Assembly: GCA_013426185.1 (NCBI GenBank)
Contig: CP058602.1
Location: 206,873 to 270,872 of the forward strand
Length of the DNA: 64,000 nt
Direction: 5' to 3'
Source: Candidatus Woesebacteria bacterium
GTDB lineage: Bacteria; Patescibacteriota; Microgenomatia; UBA8517
Shown: positions 60,012 to 64,000 of the stretch, in pieces
Layout: each line of letters starts with the position of its first letter
Numbering within the stretch: position 1 is the first letter of the stretch
Translations under genes and position numbers: made by a program
The notes under the pieces: model-generated
Database searches by the model: none
Told to the model about the DNA's origin: nothing
Seen by the model: the letters and a program-made list of their open reading frames with translations, nothing else

Positions 60012-61100
60012 TTAGGCTAAAGCTTCTTCGTAAACTTCAAGTGTTTTTCGTGCAGCTTCATGCCAAGAGAACATCTTTAATCTCTTTTCCCCTTCCTTTA
60101 CTAGACTCTTTTGTCTCAAAAGGGCTGTTTTTATACCATCCGCAATATCTGACTCATCATATGGATTAACCAAAATTGCTGCTTTTCCTGCTACCTCAGG
60201 AAGACTTGAAACATTTGAGGTCACAACTGGACAGCCACAGGCAAAAGCCTCAAGGATAGGCAATCCAAACCCTTCGTACAAAGACGGATAGACCAAGGCC
60301 GATGCGCTATTGTAAAGCCTTCTTAATTCATTCTTAGTCACTTGACCTGCAAAAATGACTCCCCTTTTGCCCTGAAATTCGGAGATCTTCTCTCCAACCA
60401 CAATCAGTTTTAAGTCTTTACCCGCCTTAACTAAATCAAAAGCCGAAATTATACGATCTAGATTCTTTCTCTTGTTTGTACCGACAGCTAAAATAAAATT
60501 ATCAGCACGATATTTTTTCCTAACCGAATCTTTTTCCTTTGAAGAAATCTTTTTATAAAAAGGGTCGACTGCCTCAGGAATAACTTTAATTTTTCTTCTG
60601 TCAAACTTTAAAAGCAGAAGATCCTCATAAGTTGCCTGGCTTGGAACAATGATTCTATCAACTTCCTTTTTTATCCACTTTAATCTATTTTTTGTTACCT
60701 CAACTATTTTGGGGTGTGTCAACTTTGGGAATCGCAAAGGAGAAAGATCGTGAATTGTTGTTACACGAAAACCATAAGAAGGAGGTTGAACCCAATCAGA
60801 AGAATGAAAAACATTAAGTCTCCCAGTAAAAGTTTCAACCGGCAAAATATGCCATTTGTTCCAAAGCCAATCAAGAAAAGTTGGAGGCAAATGGAAAATA
60901 CGGCTTTTGACACGAGAGCCGTACTTATAATCAAGACTTTTAGCAAAGCTAATCAAGCCCTCTCTCCTTCTAAAAGAACCACCAAAAAGGAGATATTCGT
61001 TCTTTACATCAACTTCAAGAAGGCTTTTAACCAAGTTTTCAGTATAAATAGAAACTCCGGTTGAATAAACAATTTGCGATATATCAATTCCTATTCTCAT
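60012..61100 (-). CDS. Glycosyltransferase family 4 (GT-B)
   Basis: EGFGLPILEAFACGCPVVTSNVSSLPEVA; paralogous to the preceding gene. Confidence 0.7.
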   Translation of the reverse strand: MRIGIDISQIVYSTGVSIYTENLVKSLLEVDVKNEYLLFGGSFRRREGLISFAKSLDYKYGSRVKSRIFHLPPTFLDWLWNKWHILPVETFTGRLNVFHSSDWVQPPSYGFRVTTIHDLSPLRFPKLTHPKIVEVTKNRLKWIKKEVDRIIVPSQATYEDLLLLKFDRRKIKVIPEAVDPFYKKISSKEKDSVRKKYRADNFILAVGTNKRKNLDRIISAFDLVKAGKDLKLIVVGEKISEFQGKRGVIFAGQVTKNELRRLYNSASALVYPSLYEGFGLPILEAFACGCPVVTSNVSSLPEVAGKAAILVNPYDESDIADGIKTALLRQKSLVKEGEKRLKMFSWHEAARKTLEVYEEALA

Positions 61101-61129
61101 TTGGTTTCTTATTATCTCATAAAATAAAT

Positions 61130-61744
61130 TCAGGAGAGATATCTGTAAGTAGATTCTTCTAAAGTCTTTCTAACCTCATTCCAGTCAACATCAACCAAAA
61201 ATTCAGGATCGGGTTGTTTTTCTGCTTCTTCAAAATAAACAAGAGATTTTAAAATATGAGACATTTGATAATTTACTCCCTTAAACTTCTTCTCAAAAAG
61301 AGCTAAAAGCTCACCAAGACCGAACTTCTGCAAAATAAAATAAAGATCAATAAAATCTTTTTTGCTTCCTCTTGAGGATATTGCTGAAAGCTTCATACAA
61401 GCAATATCTTCAAGGGAGGCAACCTTAACTTGATCAAATTCAAGAAAATCACCAACCAAAGGATACTTATATTCTAAAAAGCTAACCTTAACATCATCGA
61501 TATATAAATCAAGTGTTCCTTTATCTTGATTAATAACCTTAGGATTAAGGGTTTTAAGTTTGGCCATTAGAATTTCAAACTTAGGAAAAGAAGAGGAAAA
61601 AAAATCAAGATCAATCGATTTTCTGTGCCCCAAAATCAAAGATAAAGCAGTGCCACCTGCAAGATAGAAGTTGTCTAAGACTTGAGTTTCTCTTATTTTT
61701 CTTAAAACCTGTCTTGTCTTTGAATCAATGGCTTTCTCAAACAT
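61130..61744 (-). CDS. Nucleotidyltransferase of the AbiEii/DUF1814 toxin family
   Basis: VLDNFYLAGGTALSLILGHRKSIDLDFF, the characteristic N-terminal NTase motif of AbiEii-type type IV TA toxins. Confidence 0.6.
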   Translation of the reverse strand: MFEKAIDSKTRQVLRKIRETQVLDNFYLAGGTALSLILGHRKSIDLDFFSSSFPKFEILMAKLKTLNPKVINQDKGTLDLYIDDVKVSFLEYKYPLVGDFLEFDQVKVASLEDIACMKLSAISSRGSKKDFIDLYFILQKFGLGELLALFEKKFKGVNYQMSHILKSLVYFEEAEKQPDPEFLVDVDWNEVRKTLEESTYRYLS

Positions 61745-61995
61745 AAAACCTCCTTTCTTGGAACCTTTAAAATTAAAGCATAAAAATTGGCACTTTTAAA
61801 TGACAAGTTACGAGAATTCTTCAAAACATTTTTAATATCTTCAAGAGAATAAAGTTTTTTTAAATCTTCAAAATCACAAACATCACCAAATTCAAGAACC
61901 CTCTCTATGATAAATTCTTTGTTTTTATCCTTTTCTAAAGTGGAAAAATCTATATCCCAGAAAAGTTTCTTGAAATACAAAGGAAGACTACTCAT
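61702..61995 (-). CDS. Small protein upstream of and overlapping the AbiEii-like gene (possible cognate partner/antitoxin)
   Basis: 97 aa, MSSLPLYFKKLFWDIDFSTLEKDKNKEFIIERVLEFGD..., with a 43-nt overlap with the downstream NTase gene. The function is inferred from position only. Confidence 0.3.
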   Translation of the reverse strand: MSSLPLYFKKLFWDIDFSTLEKDKNKEFIIERVLEFGDVCDFEDLKKLYSLEDIKNVLKNSRNLSFKSANFYALILKVPRKEVLCLRKPLIQRQDRF

Positions 61996-62023
61996 TGATG
62001 CTTAATTATACCATTCTCAACTG

Positions 62024-62520
62024 AAAACTTAAAAGTCAAAAGTCAAAAATTAGATTACAGATTACAGAATACAGATTAGAGAATATAGAACAAAATTACA
62101 AATTCCAAATTACCCGCCTGCAAAAGCTATCGCTTTAGCGATTGCGGGCAGGCAAATTACAAATTCCAATATACAAACAAATTACAAGAACCAAATTACA
62201 AACCCATTAAGGAATATGGATTTAGGATTTAGGATTTAGGATTTAGGATTTAGGATTTAGGATTTATGAATTTTTGCTTTCTACTTACTACTTTCTACTT
62301 GCATTCCCTGCGTAATACATAATACAAGATACTAGATACAATCTTTCGGCCGGATTCGACTAGCTTTGACTAAATTCCGATAGCCGATAGCTGATGACTA
62401 ATGTCCGACATCCGACAGCCAATGTCTTATGTCTGATATCCGATAGCTGATGTCCGAAGTCTGATGTCCGACATCCGAGATCCGACCTCTTTTACCTTTT
62501 AACTTTTACCTTTTACCTAC
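62024..62520. repeat. About 500-bp noncoding tract made entirely of consecutive blocks of 7-bp tandem repeats with an embedded GC-rich hairpin
   Basis: Blocks read directly from the sequence: AAAAGTC x2-3; AGATTAC x5 (degenerating); AAATTAC/AAATTCC x3; a hairpin at 62116-62153; AAATTAC-like x about 6; GGATTTA x6.5 (62213-62268); CTACTTN x3; NATACAA-like x4; CCGATAG x2; about 12 units of NNTCCGA/NNTCTGA (62374-62485); CTTTTAC x4 (62486-62520). Confidence 0.85.
62116..62153. other. Imperfect 38-nt hairpin GCCTGC-AAAA-GC-T-ATCGC[TTTA]GCGAT-T-GC-GG-GCAGGC inside the heptamer tract
   Basis: The only GC-rich, non-heptameric segment of the tract. Its apex CGCTTTAGCG is identical to the apex of the 23051 hairpin. 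Confidence 0.5.
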
Positions 62521-62547
62521 CAAACAAAAATTTGTTAAAATCAAGGA

Positions 62548-63222
62548 ATGAGTAAAAGAAAAATATTTATCGTCATTCCAGCTTATAACGAAGCGAAGGT
62601 TATTCATAAAGTTATTTCTGATATCAGAAAAGAGGGATTCAAAAATATAGTTGTGGTTGATGATGGATCAAATGATGATACAAAAAAGGTAGCTTCAAAA
62701 GCAAAGGCTAAAGTTTTAAGTCATTTTATCAACCGAGGAAAAGGAGCGGCTGTTAAAACAGGCCTTGAATACGCAAAATTAGAAAAGGCCGATATCGTGG
62801 TAACTATAGATGGCGACGGTCAGCATAACCCTAAAGATATTAAAAGAATGATCAAAAAAATAGATGAAGGATACGATATCGTTCTTGGTTCACGCTTTCT
62901 TAACAAAAAAAATAAAATGCCTCTTTTCAATAGATTAGCAAACCACCTTGCCAACATCATTGTCTTCCTAACTTACAGTCTCTGGGTTTCAGATTCCCAA
63001 TCAGGATTCAGAGCCTACACAAGAAAAGCTTTAGAAAAAATAGACACAAGGCTTGATAGATATGAATTTGATAGTGAAGTAATAAGAGAAATAGCAAAAC
63101 ATAAAATCAAGTTCTGCGAGACACCAATAGATGTTTTTTACACCCAATACTCAATTTCAAAAACCCAAAAGCAAAGCCTAAAAAATGGAATAAAAACACT
63201 AATAAAAATTCTTATCTCATAG
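62548..63222 (+). CDS. GT2 polyprenyl-phosphate sugar synthase (DPM1/GtrB/ArnC-like)
   Basis: KIFIVIPAYNEAKVIHKVISDI...IVVVDDGSNDDT...TIDGDGQHNP...GSRF, the hallmark motifs of Dol-P/Und-P-hexose synthases. Confidence 0.75.
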   Translation: MSKRKIFIVIPAYNEAKVIHKVISDIRKEGFKNIVVVDDGSNDDTKKVASKAKAKVLSHFINRGKGAAVKTGLEYAKLEKADIVVTIDGDGQHNPKDIKRMIKKIDEGYDIVLGSRFLNKKNKMPLFNRLANHLANIIVFLTYSLWVSDSQSGFRAYTRKALEKIDTRLDRYEFDSEVIREIAKHKIKFCETPIDVFYTQYSISKTQKQSLKNGIKTLIKILIS

Positions 63223-63277
63223 CTAAATACCTCTTAAACTTTAAATTGAATAACTTTTATATTAAGATATAAATATT

Positions 63278-63628
63278 ATGATTTGGGGAATTTCTATTAT
63301 CCGCTGGGTTTTAATAATTTTGGCCGTATTTATGGTAATTGATCGCGTCCTAAAATTCACAAGACGAGAATCAGGGCAAACACTTTTTAAATTGGTTTCA
63401 TCGGTCCTGATATGGGGAATCATTCTAGCTATTTCAATTTATCCCGATTTTGCCTACTTTATCGCCAGAAAACTAGGTATGGGAGAAAATCTAAACACTT
63501 TAATTTTCTTTGGTTTTGTAGTTGTTTTTATGCTTATCTTCAAAATCTTGTCTATTATTGAACATATAGAACAACAAATAACTGAAGTGGTAAGAACCAC
63601 CGCTATCAAAAAAGAAATAAAAAAATAG
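63278..63628 (+). CDS. Small 3-4 TM membrane protein accompanying the GT2 (DUF2304/GtrA-like partner?)
   Basis: 116 aa with hydrophobic helices and a charged C-terminal tail; in the position typical of small partners of DPM1-like GT2 genes. Confidence 0.4.
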   Translation: MIWGISIIRWVLIILAVFMVIDRVLKFTRRESGQTLFKLVSSVLIWGIILAISIYPDFAYFIARKLGMGENLNTLIFFGFVVVFMLIFKILSIIEHIEQQITEVVRTTAIKKEIKK

Positions 63629-64000
63629 ATGCTTCACTTGGTAAAAGAAAGTGCAAACAAGATAAAAGAAAAAATTCAAAGCAAAACGCTCCATTTCCCT
63701 AAAAACAAAAAAATTGTAGTTTATCCACTGCCAATTTACAAAAATCAGCTGGCAGACGCAAAAAAAGAAAAAATAGAAAAATTTTATGGAAAAATAGACG
63801 ACAAAAAAGCAGCATTAAAATTTGGAGCCAAAAATATAAAAGAATTTTCCTTCTGGGCATGGAGAAGCTGTGGTATAGCTTGCCTTCAGATGATCCTCAA
63901 AAACAACAAAAAAACTATGGAACTCGTTAACGATGGCATTCGAAAAAATGGCTATATATTCAAAAACGATATCGGCTGGAAGCATCAAGCTCTAGTTAAA
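63629..64000 (+). CDS. Papain-like Cys peptidase, C39-like domain protein (partial, runs off window)
   Basis: Hand translation from the ATG at 63629 (overlapping the TAG of the previous gene) gives MLHLVKESANK...EFSFWAWRSCGIACLQMILKNN. SCGIACLQM matches the catalytic-Cys motif of the C39/C39-like families. There is no stop before the window end. Confidence 0.4.
   Translation, partial: MLHLVKESANKIKEKIQSKTLHFPKNKKIVVYPLPIYKNQLADAKKEKIEKFYGKIDDKKAALKFGAKNIKEFSFWAWRSCGIACLQMILKNNKKTMELVNDGIRKNGYIFKNDIGWKHQALVK

Noticed and set aside
62213-62268. GGATTTA x6 as a telomere-like repeat implying a linear replicon end
   Set aside because: The tract is internal, flanked by ordinary genes on both sides. 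The similarity to TTTAGGG is one-off and most likely coincidental.
62024-62520. Possible CRISPR array because of the dense repeats
   Set aside because: The units are 7 bp tandem repeats with no 25-40-bp direct repeats and no unique spacers, and no cas genes are nearby.

Overview
This is a low-GC (~35%), densely packed, mostly minus-strand bacterial window. The gene content looks like a small-genome, Gram-positive-like or CPR/Patescibacteria-type organism, but that lineage call is inference only. Recognisable content from the 5' end: the dnaE N-terminus (PHP), a GGDEF protein, gatB, an MFS transporter, gatA, gatC, htpX, lemA, PolX and a cupin. Next come four tRNAs (Asp-GTC, Gly-CCC, Thr-CGT, Val-CAC), a LysM protein and a first envelope-glycan locus of Wzy-like, GT2, methyltransferase, Wzx and GT4 genes. 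After these are an IMPDH-family enzyme, lepB, parB, rpmA and rplU. A compact dcw/cell-division super-operon follows: mraZ, rsmH, ftsL, ftsI, a murE-like ligase, mraY, ftsW, murG, an ftsQ-like gene, ftsA and ftsZ, then ileS and rodA. Beyond it are glyS, recO and a second large glycan locus (initiating phosphoglycosyl transferase, manC, six GT4, two GT2, a PMT/ArnT-like GT-C, a Wzy-like membrane protein and a hexapeptide acetyltransferase). The window ends with an AbiEii-type nucleotidyltransferase module, a dolichol-P-mannose-synthase-like GT2, a small membrane protein and a partial C39-like peptidase. The most unusual signal is a ~500-bp noncoding tract (62024-62520). It is built entirely of back-to-back blocks of different 7-bp tandem repeats, with an embedded GC-rich hairpin. 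It sits in the divergent region between the AbiE-like module and the GT2 gene. Two genes carry single in-frame stop codons although TGA and TAG are real stops elsewhere in the window: a TGA in a GT-C-like membrane protein and a TAG in a secreted LamG-lipase. Other observations are a Cys-rich 74-aa ORF wedged between murE and mraY, hairpins with a shared CTTTAG apex showing compensatory stem changes, a 26-bp perfect palindrome, and MraZ-type direct repeats upstream of mraZ.
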